Notes: generated by a model not told the origin, from the letters alone. A stretch of 64,000 nucleotides of DNA from Stramenopiles sp. TOSAG23-3 (GCA_900128585.1 LT642152.1:1-64000), one strand, 5' to 3'. Positions 8,436 through 20,018 are shown, counted from the first letter of the stretch. Numbers and translations: made by a program.

Positions 8436-11012
8436 TTACTTTCCTTTCTTCTTTTTCCGCCCTTTGACCATTTTGCTAGCCCCAACATTGATGTCCCTCT
8501 GACTTGGTGGAACTTTTACCCGCGTTAAGCACTCCATGTACTTTTCACTGTCTCCTCCTTCCTTTGAGCCGTCCTTTAGCTGCGTCAACTCGGGGTCACT
8601 TTCAAACATGACTACATCCTTAAACCCCGCATCGATGGACTTTTCTAGGAACGTAAAAGCCCCCAAAAAGTCATCAGTCTTAACCTTGACACGTGCAAGG
8701 GTATACAGCACATCCTTGTCCACTCGCTGAACTTGGCACAAAAATAGCTGCTGCAACGAATCCTCAGGTTTGTTGGCGACCCGGTCCAAAAAGTCGGCCA
8801 GGCCTTTTCGGTATCGGTAAATGGTCTTATCTTGCGCTGGATCTAGTAGATCCTTCTTTACTTTTTTCCCTTTTTGGCCTTTGGGCTGTGGCGTTTCATT
8901 TTCTAACGTGATTTGGTTGTTAATGTCCATTATTTCATTTTCCCGAGCCCCAATCAAACCTATTTTATATAGCGTTTCTACTTTATCAAACATTGTCTGC
9001 CCCTCATTATACAAATCTACGACGCCATCATGCTTTCCTGCAATAATAAAATGGTCGTGCGCCCTTCGAAACTGCTGCCTAACTTTAATCAGAAACAAGC
9101 CGTATTCATAATGCGCAGCAACTCGCTCTTCTTCTGTTCCCTCAAACCCCACGTTGTCGACGATGGAACAAGCCCGACCGAACGCATAGTCTGCCTTTCT
9201 CCAAGATTTTATTTCTTTCATGTAGGACGCACAACCCATCGCAAGATCGTAGTCTCCTGGGCGGGCTTTCAAGGAGTTAAAGTACAGACCAAACGCAATC
9301 TTCTTATCATTGTAGACGCCCAGCAAGAACTGGCTAAAATGGCGCAACAACTCGGGGTTGTTTGGATCCAGATCGTTGGCTTTTACGAAATGTTCATACG
9401 CGCCTTTGAAATCGTTCTTGCACGCCAGAGTCTCCTTTTTCGCGCCTTCGTTTTTCTTCCACAAGAACATGGCATACTGCATTTCTCGCCATGCTTTCGG
9501 CCTTTGACGTTCTAGCTCCAGGGCCTGTTCATACATTGCGCGAGCATCCTCGTACCTGCTTTCACCAACGCACTTCCAAAGAAAGTCGCTGTACCGCCAG
9601 TAAAAGTTTGAACTGGAGGTTCCATTTTTCTTCATAACGAACTTAAAACATCGTTCGATCTTTTCGCTGTCTTCTTGCATCTTAATGAGGATGGTCGCAT
9701 GTTTCAGAATCGTAATTGGTGCATTTTCACTTTCCACACGAGCCCCTTTCAAAAGCTCTAGCGCGCGCTCTTTCAGCTCAAGCTTGCACTCTTCGTCTTC
9801 TTCCTTCGGCATAACGTGATCAACTAAGAAAGTGGCATAAACCTGTTTTCGGTAAAATGGGGTTGTTGCAAATGGTTCTACGTTGACGATACTCTCTTTA
9901 TCCGAGTTTTTTAGCGATCGCTTGAACAATTGCCGTGCGGCGTCCACTTCCCCCAACTCTCTGTGGAAACACGCAACGATAAACAAAACCTCGGGATCTT
10001 TGGATAGGTCCTTCTTCACTTTTTTAAAGAGCCTTTTTGTTTCTTCCAAACCATTTTTAGCCCTAAAATCCCTTGCCGTGAGCACGACTGGGGTGCTCGA
10101 GTACAGCAATTTTCTGGTGCGTTTGTGGTAATTTTCAAGCGCAACGCAGTACGAAAACTGCGCGAGGGCGTACGCGCACGCTGCGTTCTCGGGTTCCCTG
10201 GACAGGGCCAGCCGATACCACTTTTCAGCTCTCGGGATATCCCGAAGTCTATGGTAAAGCATGTGCGCCCTGTTAAGTGCAACGTGCGGCACCACATCGA
10301 CGCGATTTTGCTGTTCGTCGATGCCAATGTCGACAGCCTTTTCGTAGTATTTGTCCGCCATCTCTAACTGGTCGATCGTCGTCGCCGTGTTCTCCAGGAG
10401 CAGCGCGTAGTTCAAGTGAAGCATGCTATGCATGGGATTGTTTGTCGCCATTTGTTCCTCAACTGCTTGCTTGTACTCTTCTTGCAAGTACGTGCTGGTC
10501 CCTGGTATTACTTGACGGGGCGACATGGGCAGGTCAGAGGTAGACACGTGCCGTGGAAATTGTCCCCTCGGGCTTGACACCCTGGGAGAGGCAGGCCCAC
10601 CCGTTGCCGAAAAACTGCCCAAGAATGATTTTGATGGGGTAAGATCGGCCCGAAAAGCCATCCGTGGGCTCAGCTTTGGGGCGCAGGGCGAGTCAATTGC
10701 CATCGGCGTATTCGCGCGTGCTCTCAACGCCTCCCTTCGTGAGACGGACAAATTCATCGCACTGGTGGGGGATGCACGGGGGGAGATCTTCAAGTTTGGC
10801 TTGTTGCGAGACAGCGGCGACCTGCGAGGGGTAGCTTGCCCCAAGGTAGACGGGACCGACATCGTCTGGGACGGGGAGGGGACGATCCTTACATGTTTTG
10901 CTTTTGGAGACATGCCCGCCCTTTTCTGCCCGGTCCCGGCTGGGGGTCGAGTCGCGGACGTTTTCTTCAATGCACTCTTCCCCCTTGGGGATGTCTTTCC
11001 TAATTTTGCCAT
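8436..11012 (-). CDS. TPR-repeat protein with a disordered SPR-rich N-terminus
   Basis: Multiple TPR/HAT-like helices (AEKWYRLALSREPENA, AYEHFVKANDLDPNNP) and a C-terminal AFTFLEKSIDAGFKD...ESDPEL module. First ATG is at 11012. Confidence 0.85.
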   Translation of the reverse strand: MAKLGKTSPRGKSALKKTSATRPPAGTGQKRAGMSPKAKHVRIVPSPSQTMSVPSTLGQATPRRSPLSRNKPNLKISPRASPTSAMNLSVSRREALRARANTPMAIDSPCAPKLSPRMAFRADLTPSKSFLGSFSATGGPASPRVSSPRGQFPRHVSTSDLPMSPRQVIPGTSTYLQEEYKQAVEEQMATNNPMHSMLHLNYALLLENTATTIDQLEMADKYYEKAVDIGIDEQQNRVDVVPHVALNRAHMLYHRLRDIPRAEKWYRLALSREPENAACAYALAQFSYCVALENYHKRTRKLLYSSTPVVLTARDFRAKNGLEETKRLFKKVKKDLSKDPEVLFIVACFHRELGEVDAARQLFKRSLKNSDKESIVNVEPFATTPFYRKQVYATFLVDHVMPKEEDEECKLELKERALELLKGARVESENAPITILKHATILIKMQEDSEKIERCFKFVMKKNGTSSSNFYWRYSDFLWKCVGESRYEDARAMYEQALELERQRPKAWREMQYAMFLWKKNEGAKKETLACKNDFKGAYEHFVKANDLDPNNPELLRHFSQFLLGVYNDKKIAFGLYFNSLKARPGDYDLAMGCASYMKEIKSWRKADYAFGRACSIVDNVGFEGTEEERVAAHYEYGLFLIKVRQQFRRAHDHFIIAGKHDGVVDLYNEGQTMFDKVETLYKIGLIGARENEIMDINNQITLENETPQPKGQKGKKVKKDLLDPAQDKTIYRYRKGLADFLDRVANKPEDSLQQLFLCQVQRVDKDVLYTLARVKVKTDDFLGAFTFLEKSIDAGFKDVVMFESDPELTQLKDGSKEGGDSEKYMECLTRVKVPPSQRDINVGASKMVKGRKKKKGK

Positions 11013-11811
11013 CGCTTTCCTAGCATACACACACGGTGTTCAAAGCGGGGCGTCCTTTGAGGATCTTTTAAAAAGAAAATCGCAAAGCTTTGAATGCTCG
11101 GGATAATGCCGAACAAGTACTACCGTGTTTTTCTCCAAAAAATCATAAACCAAAAGAATCAAAACCCCATTTACAAAACAACTATTTATACAATACATGT
11201 ACGAGTATAATATATCTACCCTTTATATATTATTTTGCATTTTTTATTTCTTACTTATACATTTTAAATTTTATCTCATATATCTCTAACATACCGTAAT
11301 AATACACTAAAATACCAAAGAGATAACGAAACGGCTTTTTTCCCTTCTTTTTTTTCTTCTTCTTCTAGCCCTATTTACATACTACAAATCTAATAGAAAT
11401 ACCTGAAATATAAAATTAGTATTTTATAATAGAATACTATTACTATACACATAAACACGAAGTAAACACCAATTAAGGTTAATATCTATAAATCCAATAA
11501 AAAACAAAGTATTCCTTCTTCCGGAAGAAGAAGAAGAAGGAAGAATGAATAATTTAATCTTATAATATTACAATTAATTTATAATCGCTTTTCTATTTGT
11601 GAATCCTCGTACCGTACTGTATTATTTCTTCTTCTTCTTCTTCTTCTTCTTGAGTGTATGTTTGCAATTTTGTGTATAAGAAATAAATGAAAACGATAGG
11701 GAATTGTAAAACCAATCTGTGCATTGCAGTCACTGCTTACTTATTCTTCCTTTCTTCCTTTTAGTCTTTCCTTTTTTCGATTCTTGCAAAGGAGTACCGT
11801 ACGGAACAAGG

Positions 11812-13842
11812 ATGGCAGCGACGGTTCCACAGAAAAAGCTGGAGTCCGTCCTTCGGATGCGGCTGGACAGTCCTGCGCTGCGCGATGCTTTGGATTCCGT
11901 AGCGTCGTTCTATGGGAAGGACGAGAAGGAGATTGCGAGCAGTGGAAATACTCTCGCTGCAAGGCGTGAGTTGCGGATGAACCTGGAGCGCAAAGGGCTT
12001 ATGATATCGAAACAGTTTCTTGAAAGTTTTTTAGGGGTAAAGGACAGACTGGACGCCATGCACCAGACCGTGGACGCGCTTGACCGGCACTGCAAAGATA
12101 TAGAGGAGCACCTGGAGCACGCAGAAGAGACCACCAGCGCGTTTGTTCTAACGGCGGAAAAAATGAGGGAAGACAAGGAGGAGCTAGAAAGGAGGGCCGA
12201 GATGGTGAAGAGGTTTTTGGACAAGTACCAGCTATCAGAGAAAGAGCTCATCACGTTGCGGCACGCTCCCTTGCGGGCACAGGACGAGGGCGGGCCGTTC
12301 TTCAGCGCGCTGGAGCGAGTGCAGGGTATACGCGCGGACAGCTCCGAGCTGCTCGGGGGGCCGTTCCAATGCGCCGGCCTTGAAATACTGGAGGAGTTGG
12401 CGACCATAAACGAGGCCGCGATCGTCCGCCTGTACAAGTGGTTTAAAGAGCACTGCCAAAGTGTGGACAAAATGGAGATGGCCCAGGACCACCCGCAAGC
12501 GATGGGCATGCTGCGCAGGGCCGTCAGCATCCTTCGAAGTCGCCGCGAATACCTGGACGACTGCTTGGAGTCCGTAGTGGTCACAAGACAGACGAGCCTG
12601 CGGCGCGCCTTTATCCGGGCGCTGACGCGCGGGGGGCCGAATGGGATCCCGCGACCGATTGAGCTGCACGCACACGATGTTACCCGGTACGTGAGCGACA
12701 TGTTGGCTTGGGTTCACGTGGCCGTGGCGTCGGAGGCCGATGCCCTGAAAACGATGTTCGGGATCGGAGAGTCGAGGGGGGCGAGGGGTGACAAAGGGGG
12801 CGGGATCGGGGAACAGAGCAGTACGGAGGAAGTGGAGGGCGTCGCATTTTCGAAGGACGCCATGCATGACGCGCTGCAGGGAATTTTTGATGGGTTGACC
12901 CGTCCTCTCTCCACCCGTCTCGTCCAGTCCATCAACGAGCCACAGGACATGGTCGTAAAGTTTCAAACCATCGACGTCCTGAAATTCTATGCTCACACCA
13001 TCGGGGCCCTTCTTGCCCCGGAATCCCGCCTGGTCAAATCGTTATCAGAGTGCTGCGGCAAGGCAACGGGGCACTTCAACACCATACTGAAGCGGTATGC
13101 CAACGACTTGACGAGCAACATGGCGCCCTTTGCGGCGAACTTGTCTGCCGTAGGGCCACTGGTGGAGGCCGCGTCGAGGTTGAAAAAAATGTGCATGGTG
13201 CACCAAAGTTCCATGGTGCCGAGGGGAGAGAAAGATAAATTTTTTACGGCCGTGCTTTCGGCCATGGTCGAGCCGTTGCGGCATATGTGTATGTCGGCAA
13301 CGAGGGGCCTAGACGAAGATGACACGTCCATCTATATGGTCAACAATTTAAACGTCATTGTGCTGAGTATAGCACCGTTCCCGTTCACCGAGCAGTGGAA
13401 GAAATCCATCGAGCAGCAAATCGACAGTTGGCTACAGACCCTAGTGAACGCGTGCGCTGCAAAATTTTTAAACGGGTGCCAGCTTCTTAAAAAGGTCGAA
13501 ATCATTCGGGACATTAAAAGCACGATCCAAAGCATGAAGAATGCCGGCATTGCGGACACAAGCGCCACAAAACCTTTGTCTACGTACGAAGGAATGGACG
13601 AAGGGTCTGTGACGGCCTCCTTTGCCGCGTTCAACAACCAGCTGGTGTCCTTGGGGGACATGAAATTGTCGAAAATTGACGACAGCAAAATCCGTTCTGC
13701 AGGCCGGACGCGGTTTTCAAAACATTTGTCCGACGTGTACAAGATGGTCTACACTGAAATTTTGAGCCCTGGAAGCGGTTACGGAGAAGGGATTGGCAAC
13801 ACCTGGTACACCCCGGAGAAAGTGGAGAGTCTATTGTCTTGA
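11812..13842 (+). CDS. COG6: Conserved oligomeric Golgi complex subunit 6
   Basis: NTLAARRELRMNLE and FIRALTRGGPNGIPRPIELHAHDVTRYVSDMLAWVH are COG6 signatures; ATG 11812. Confidence 0.93.
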   Translation: MAATVPQKKLESVLRMRLDSPALRDALDSVASFYGKDEKEIASSGNTLAARRELRMNLERKGLMISKQFLESFLGVKDRLDAMHQTVDALDRHCKDIEEHLEHAEETTSAFVLTAEKMREDKEELERRAEMVKRFLDKYQLSEKELITLRHAPLRAQDEGGPFFSALERVQGIRADSSELLGGPFQCAGLEILEELATINEAAIVRLYKWFKEHCQSVDKMEMAQDHPQAMGMLRRAVSILRSRREYLDDCLESVVVTRQTSLRRAFIRALTRGGPNGIPRPIELHAHDVTRYVSDMLAWVHVAVASEADALKTMFGIGESRGARGDKGGGIGEQSSTEEVEGVAFSKDAMHDALQGIFDGLTRPLSTRLVQSINEPQDMVVKFQTIDVLKFYAHTIGALLAPESRLVKSLSECCGKATGHFNTILKRYANDLTSNMAPFAANLSAVGPLVEAASRLKKMCMVHQSSMVPRGEKDKFFTAVLSAMVEPLRHMCMSATRGLDEDDTSIYMVNNLNVIVLSIAPFPFTEQWKKSIEQQIDSWLQTLVNACAAKFLNGCQLLKKVEIIRDIKSTIQSMKNAGIADTSATKPLSTYEGMDEGSVTASFAAFNNQLVSLGDMKLSKIDDSKIRSAGRTRFSKHLSDVYKMVYTEILSPGSGYGEGIGNTWYTPEKVESLLS

Positions 13843-14257
13843 ACGAATTAATCTGTGTCAGTATTGATGTGTAATATAAGTAACATTGAACGGTTTATCT
13901 TCTTTTGAGTGTCTTAGAACATATTATACGTTTTTGTACAAATATATCAATATCATAAGTAGTATATAGGGGGATTTTGGATACTACTATCATATGACGA
14001 AACGAAACTAAAAATCAAATTAAAAAATCAAGATAGGATTAGGGTTGGATTTGAATTAGTAATTGATTTAAATGAGAGTCTTAAAACATACTAGATATAT
14101 TTTTGTTTTTTTTATCAATATCATATGATTAATTTGCTTAAAGTAATATCATCGTAAAATTCTTTCTAATTAACTTACGCCGCGTATTAAGAATTTTTAC
14201 GAAACCTAATACTTACGCGCATGAAATCCACCAGACCCATTACAAGACCGCACAATG

Positions 14258-14878
14258 TCACGCTCGGCGCTTTCGTAGCCCAGACACGAAGTCCTTTACA
14301 TTGTCCGCGCTTGGGTCGAATGCTACCACTTTTGGACCTAGCCCAGAGACGTCTATCTCACCTTCGCCACGGATGACACAGTTCCAGTGCTGGTTTGCCT
14401 CCGTTCGGTACTTTTTCAAGAGGGTGATGGCAATGAATCGGGTGCCATCACTTTTCGTATCAAACATCCACGTGCATTCATCGGGCACGATTTCTTGGTA
14501 CAGTTCCCCTTCGATGGCCGGGGACGCAAAGTTCACTTGCACCAAGAGCCGCCTAGGCTTGAACAAAATCTCAACGTTCTTTTTCTTCGTGCTCTGGTCA
14601 ACGGGCAGCGAAATTTCCACCTCCGTTTCGTTTTGGTCCCACGAGTACTTCTCCGTCTCGCCGCCAATCTTAACGTTCGGGTCAGCTTGCTGCTTTAGGA
14701 TAGCCTCTAGGCCACCTTCTGCCGGACTTTCTGGGCCCGCCTCTGGCTCCGCTACCGCCGGTTTGGCGTTCTCCCGCCTTTTCTTCCAGTACAAATGCAC
14801 GAGAAACACCGCCCCCCAAAACAGGACCCCACGCCAAAGATTTTCCCACGGGTACCGCCCCAAGTCAGGAGTAGACAT
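14258..14878 (-). CDS. CS-domain (NudC/p23-like) protein with an N-terminal membrane anchor
   Basis: YSWDQNETEVEI...IEGELYQEIVPDECTW...ITLLK...W CS domain; TM segment LWRGVLFWGAVFLVHLYW; ATG 14878. Confidence 0.85.
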   Translation of the reverse strand: MSTPDLGRYPWENLWRGVLFWGAVFLVHLYWKKRRENAKPAVAEPEAGPESPAEGGLEAILKQQADPNVKIGGETEKYSWDQNETEVEISLPVDQSTKKKNVEILFKPRRLLVQVNFASPAIEGELYQEIVPDECTWMFDTKSDGTRFIAITLLKKYRTEANQHWNCVIRGEGEIDVSGLGPKVVAFDPSADNVKDFVSGLRKRRA

Positions 14879-16040
14879 ATTTGTTTTGTATATATGTCCG
14901 TGCGAAAAATGAATCAATCTCTTTTCTTTCGTGGGTCAGGTAACGTGAACAGGAATTGTGGAAGCACAATGCAGGCCATAATAACGCAGGCTAGTAACAA
15001 GGACTCGTAAACTCTCGTGTGATCGTTGTGAAACTCCCCTTCGCCTTCCATTCCTCCCAGTAAAACTAACAAAGAGCAACTAAACGACTACAAAAAAACA
15101 AAAAAAAAACGGGAAGAAGCGTTCGTGTCTCGTTTGTTGATATCGCACACTATAATTTAATACAAAAAAAGTCCAACAGTCATGTACATAAAGATACTTA
15201 CAATTGTCCCTTTCCATTATCTTCTGCAATAATAAGTAAATGAACACCATCCCCACATCTTCTTCCTTTCTTTCTTTTTCTTCTTCATTTTTTTTTTTTG
15301 TTCCATTCTCTTCTTTTCTTTTTTTCTCACATCATATTATTTGAGTCTTTTATATTGTACTATACAGTACGTTACTATTATTTAAAGAAAATTCAAATTC
15401 AACAACAACTAATAATTACTATATAAATAATACTAAAATCCATAAAAGCTAACATTGAAAGAAAGAAAGAGAAAGAAAGAGAAGGAAAGAAAGAAAGAAT
15501 AACAATATATTAGACTACAGTTTAAAGTAGTATAATATATAGGAGGATATAATAAAAAAATCTATTTCTTCTTATAATTTTCTTCTTAATTTTATTTCTT
15601 TTTTATAATATGACAACAACAATGAACACGCGGCGGAGTGGGGAGTGGGCCTTCTTCTTCTTCTTCTTTTCTTCTTCTTTTATTTCTCTATTAATAGTCA
15701 TTCTCTGTATTACTTATTAAGTAAACGAAAGAAAAAATGTTAAAAGAATACTTCAAGCAGAGAGACACAACCACCAATGCTGAAAAAGTTCATGCACATA
15801 TTTTATACGTTCGTGTGATAAGCAGAAACGAAGACGAACTGCGATTTTGCTGGTAGGTTTTCTTAAAAACACGGTTACGTTCAAGTGTCCGTTTGTGATT
15901 TACAGTTGCATCACCGCACTTTCGTGGAGAACGAGCGCAACGTCCGTCCGTCCGTCGGTCCTGCCAGAAAATTAGGTAGTCTGTACCGTCTCCGTTCGGT
16001 TGATTAATTGTTTGAGGAAGGTGTTAGTTCGTGGAAGAAG

Positions 16041-18176
16041 ATGGGAAGGTTTTTTGCAACTTACAGCATCGTCAGCCTTGCCCTGACCGTAGGGGTCAGC
16101 ATGTACGCGTGGCAAACGAGGATACAGTTTTATCCCATGGTCATTTTTCTATGCACTTCAAAGTTTTCGGTCGCGGTCTTGTGCAACCTAGCGATCTGCG
16201 CGACCATTTTGACATTCAAGCTCGTGCGCTCCGTGTTTCTCGGCAAGCTCCGGGACGCAGAGTACGAGCTGCTCGTGGAAAACTCAAAGTACGCGTTCAC
16301 CGAGACCTGCCTTGCCCTAACATATTTTCGGGATGAGTTGAATCTGAAAGTGGCCGGGTTGTTCATTGCCTTGTTGGTCAGCAAAATATTCCATTGGCTG
16401 TGCAAGGAGCGCCTGGCGTATATGGAAAGCACGCAGAACACGCCGGTTCTCAAGCACATTCGACTGTTCGCGCTGAAGTTCCTGCTGCTTACAGTGGACA
16501 TGGCCTTTGTCCATGTCGCGGTGAATTCGATCAGGGCGCACGGCCCCTCCGTGTGGCTGCTTTTTGGGTTTGAGTTTCTGTGTCTGGTCATCAACATCTA
16601 CTCCATCTTTGCCCGGTACGGCCTTCACCTGATAGATTTAGCGACGGAGAACGGGTGGGCCAACAAAGAGACGTACGTGTTCTACCTGGAACTCGTCGCC
16701 GAGGTGGCCCGTGTATTTGTATATTTAGCATTCTTTTTGATCCTGTTCACATACTACGGGTTTCCCATCCACATCTTGCGCGATTTGTACTTGTCGGTGA
16801 GAATGTTGATCCGGCGCATCCACGAGTTTTGCAACGCCAGGTCGATCACCTCGAGGATGGACGAGCTGTTCCCGGACGCAACCGAGGAGGAGTTGGCCGA
16901 CGGAGTCCTTTGCATCGTATGCCGAGAAACGATGCAGTACGGCACCGACCATGTAAAGAAGCTGGAGTGCGGGCACCTCTTTCACTTCCGGTGCCTGCGT
17001 GGGTGGCTCGAGCGCCAGCAGGCGTGCCCGACGTGCCGCCATCCCATCACCATTCGGCGCGGGGCCACCCCCGACGGGACCGTTCGAGTGGGCCAAGAGG
17101 ACGGCGCCGAGGTCGGGGCCGGTAACGATGGCGCCGATGCGATCGAGGGGGACCTTGTCGAAGACGAAGGCGAGGCGGAGAATGCCCCCGCGGCCCCCGC
17201 GGCCCCGGACATCCTGGACGGGCTGAGGCAGGCCGTGCCCCGACCTGCCGCCCGTGTCCTCCCACCAGACGGCGAAAGGATGGGGGGCCGGAACGACAGT
17301 GGCACGGCCCGCGCCGCCCCGCAAACGCCTGGAAGTGCCACGGCGCCGAACGCGAGGGTTGCCGCGCCAGTGCCACCGCCGTTCCCACCCCCCGGGATGG
17401 ATATGCCGACGGCGCCGCAGCTGTTGTCGCCAGCGCCTCCGCTTTCGATGGGCTTTCCGCCGATGCCGGGCCAGTTCCAGATGCCCAACGGTATGATGAT
17501 GCCGCCACAACCCCCACAGCCCCCCCCTGGCATGCAGATGCCTGGAATGCCAATGATGCCGCCGTTCTCCCCGGCTGGAATGGCCTCGCCCGTCCCTCCG
17601 TTTTCGCCTTTTGGGTTCCCGGGACAGATGCCGTTTCCAATGGGGCCATTTGGGTCGCCGGTGGGCGGCCAAGTGCAGCAACCAGAGGCCTCGCCCATGT
17701 TGCAACGGAGCATGTCTGCGCCCGTGGCCGGGGACCGCAGCTCACAGCTGCGTGCGATTCAATCGCAAATTGAAGTTCTTGAGGCGCATTTGAAGAGCTT
17801 GTCCCCTGCGAGCAGAAAAAGGGGGAAACCGGCCGCTTCCCGGGGCAGCGCAAGCCCGGTGCTCCGCCGGGCCGAGTCTTCCCCTGAGGCACGTAGCATC
17901 GGAACGATATCACCAGGGGCCATTCCCCAGAGCAAGCTCTTTGCCGCACCACCGATCGACGATGGCGAGCAAAAGGTAGGAGAGGTGGAATCGGATGTTC
18001 CAGAGATCAACATCGACGAAGAGCGAAGGCGCAGAGAAGAAAGAGAGAAGGAAGACACAAGCCCACATGCACTTCGACGACGAATGGCTGCCCAAGCTGC
18101 ATTAAGACGGTTATCAAGTAGTGAATCCATGGATTCTTCTGGGCAAAAAAGGCAACAAATTGATGAAGATGAATAA
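16041..18176 (+). CDS. HRD1: ERAD E3 ubiquitin ligase HRD1/synoviolin
   Basis: Multi-TM N-terminus (FLGKLRDAEYE, TETCLALTYFRDE, KIFHWL, FGFEF, PIHILRDLY), RING-H2 CIVCRE...CGHLFHFRCLRGWLERQQACPTCR and a Pro-rich tail. Confidence 0.95.
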   Translation: MGRFFATYSIVSLALTVGVSMYAWQTRIQFYPMVIFLCTSKFSVAVLCNLAICATILTFKLVRSVFLGKLRDAEYELLVENSKYAFTETCLALTYFRDELNLKVAGLFIALLVSKIFHWLCKERLAYMESTQNTPVLKHIRLFALKFLLLTVDMAFVHVAVNSIRAHGPSVWLLFGFEFLCLVINIYSIFARYGLHLIDLATENGWANKETYVFYLELVAEVARVFVYLAFFLILFTYYGFPIHILRDLYLSVRMLIRRIHEFCNARSITSRMDELFPDATEEELADGVLCIVCRETMQYGTDHVKKLECGHLFHFRCLRGWLERQQACPTCRHPITIRRGATPDGTVRVGQEDGAEVGAGNDGADAIEGDLVEDEGEAENAPAAPAAPDILDGLRQAVPRPAARVLPPDGERMGGRNDSGTARAAPQTPGSATAPNARVAAPVPPPFPPPGMDMPTAPQLLSPAPPLSMGFPPMPGQFQMPNGMMMPPQPPQPPPGMQMPGMPMMPPFSPAGMASPVPPFSPFGFPGQMPFPMGPFGSPVGGQVQQPEASPMLQRSMSAPVAGDRSSQLRAIQSQIEVLEAHLKSLSPASRKRGKPAASRGSASPVLRRAESSPEARSIGTISPGAIPQSKLFAAPPIDDGEQKVGEVESDVPEINIDEERRRREEREKEDTSPHALRRRMAAQAALRRLSSSESMDSSGQKRQQIDEDE

Positions 18177-19116
18177 TTTTTACGAAATGAAGAAAGAAAT
18201 TAGTGCCGACGATTAAATCAAACTGAATGTTTTCGTATCTTCGCTACTTCTTCTCTTGAAAATAATATAATAATAAAATAAAAAAATCACTTCTGTCCTA
18301 TTTACCTGTATTAAAATCACAACAATGGTGTGTTGATATATTTTCTAGTATTTTCTAGTATTTTTCTTTCCTAATAAATTTATTATTTATTATCTTCTTC
18401 TTTTTCTATAATTATAAAACCCTATTCTATAACCTGAATTAATAATAAACCTCAAAACACGAACCTCGCCATCCATTCATTAGCTTATACCAAGGTACTA
18501 CCATAATAATAAAGAAAAAAAAAAGAGATCATCCAATTTCTTATATTTGTATTCTATTACTTCTTTTAAGTATAAATATCATCGAATATAAATAGGAATA
18601 AAAAATAATAATTTAAATATATAAATAATAAGAAGTTTTTAATTCTTTATCATTCCTTTTGCTGTGTACCTTCTATTCTGTTTCTTTTCTACCGCCACCA
18701 CCCACCCAACTACTTGGTATACCAACCGACCAGACCCACCCGACAGAGATCCTGTTTTGCTTTTAGTGGAAAGCAATTGTTTCAATTACTATTTCGCTTA
18801 TGTATACAGAGGAATCGGTTCCAGATAGTCTAACGCCGTTGTAGATTTTGTCCCAATCAAACCAAGTCCGGACCATATCATTGCATATACAATGTGTAAC
18901 CAGTAGTTGCCAACTGCGACGCGTTGTACGAGCAGCTTTCATGCTCGTTCATTGCTGTATGCACACTTCTGGTACGTGCCGCCGTATAGACGTGCGTGCA
19001 ACTTTAAAAACAAAAATCTAGCTGTGACTAGTATTTCGCGCGATCAATGTAAGTTTATTTTGCGTTTTCTGCACCCCCAGACTCCGTTCGAAAGGAAGCC
19101 CAAACTTGGTTTTTTC

Positions 19117-19214
19117 GACAGTGATGACCTATAGAATACCACGTATTCTTACACTACAGACTAGAGTTTCTGAGGGATTAGATACCCTTTTGAAGATAAT
19201 GTTAGTACTTAGTC
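19117..19214 (+). ncRNA. Box C/D snoRNA, snR78/SNORD52-like (LSU Um2421 equivalent)
   Basis: Box C GTGATGA 19121. Guide CAGACTAGAGT 19157-19167 is complementary to LSU ACUCUAGUCUG, followed by D' CTGA 19170. C' TGAAGA 19191, D-like CTTA 19208, GAC/GTC terminal stem. Confidence 0.8.
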
Positions 19215-19299
19215 ACAAAACCTAGAGTTTCCTTTCTTGTGTCTCTCTCTCTCAATTTCACGCCTTGGTGGGACGTCATTCGCTTGCAGTCGATTGATA

Positions 19300-19495
19300 G
19301 TTGCCACCGTGCACACACGCGGGCCTAGTTGTTCATATCGTTCAACGTTATGAGGTAAATCCGCTGCTAAAGGGCAACATAAAGAAGCAGTTGATAGCGC
19401 CTTCGGGTGCTCCTGTCTTCATCTCCATATTCCTTGTCATGCCGCAGCTACTATGTAGCAATTATCGGTCGTGGAAAACCATGGAGGGAACATCT
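19300..19495 (+). ncRNA. snR30/U17 (SNORA73)-like H/ACA snoRNA
   Basis: 5' hairpin GTTGCC/GGCAAC, H box AAAGAA 19381, internal UUCG hairpin. 3' hairpin with CTCC/GGAG stem, m1 ATATTCCT 19427, m2 AAACCAT 19476 and ACA 19490. Confidence 0.85.
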
Positions 19496-19650
19496 TATCG
19501 TGCCTTTTCACACGCCATTTTTTTGCAACAACCCATCACTAACAAACAACGTTTATCGTAGACGATGATGCGCAAGACCTAAGAAGGGTTCTCAAGCGTC
19601 GCACCCCGGACCGACTCCCGGTGCGCTCACAAGTAAGTACTCGCCACCTA

Positions 19651-19673
19651 CCCCCCCCCCCCCCCCCCCCCCC
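19651..19673. repeat. Poly-C tract in a host-gene intron
   Basis: Run of 23 C. Confidence 0.9.
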
Positions 19674-19705
19674 AATTGTGTTCGTTGATCGGAAATATGT
19701 TAGTC

Positions 19706-19782
19706 CTCAATGATCGATTAAATGGAAATCCAATACTTATCTTTTGTGATGATACAAAATACGAGCTTTTTAAATCTGAGAG
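19706..19782 (+). ncRNA. Box C/D snoRNA, snR47/SNORD36-like (18S Am619 equivalent)
   Basis: Guide TACGAGCTTTTTAA 19760-19773 is complementary to 18S UUAAAAAGCUCGUA, then CTGA 19776. GTGATGA at 19746; CTC/GAG terminal stem. The 5' boundary is uncertain. Confidence 0.85.
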
Positions 19783-19864
19783 AATGAACCATCCTTTCGC
19801 CCGAGTGCAAGCGAGGCACGACGAAACACACACACACACACACCGACAGGCGATATTCGAATCG

Positions 19865-20018
19865 CCGCCCTCTACCATTGTTCAAGTGCTCGATCATTCA
19901 ATTTGTACCACTTTCAAAATGAGGGCTAGAGCAACGGAGTGATTACCACGCGTTGGACCTTGGTAGCTTGAAACAGACTTTTGAATGATCTTTCGAGTTG
20001 CTTCCGGCGCAGACATTT
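19865..20018 (+). ncRNA. Box H/ACA snoRNA, target not assigned
   Basis: Hairpin 1 closed by GCCCTC/GAGGGC, H box AGAGCA 19928. Hairpin 2 has GCGTTGGA/TCCGGCGC and GGTAGCTTGAAA/TTTCGAGTTGCT stems; ACA at 20013. Confidence 0.7.

Noticed and set aside
16725-17952. Antisense ORFs of 243-326 aa over HRD1
   Set aside because: Explained by the stop-poor GC-rich Pro/Gly region.
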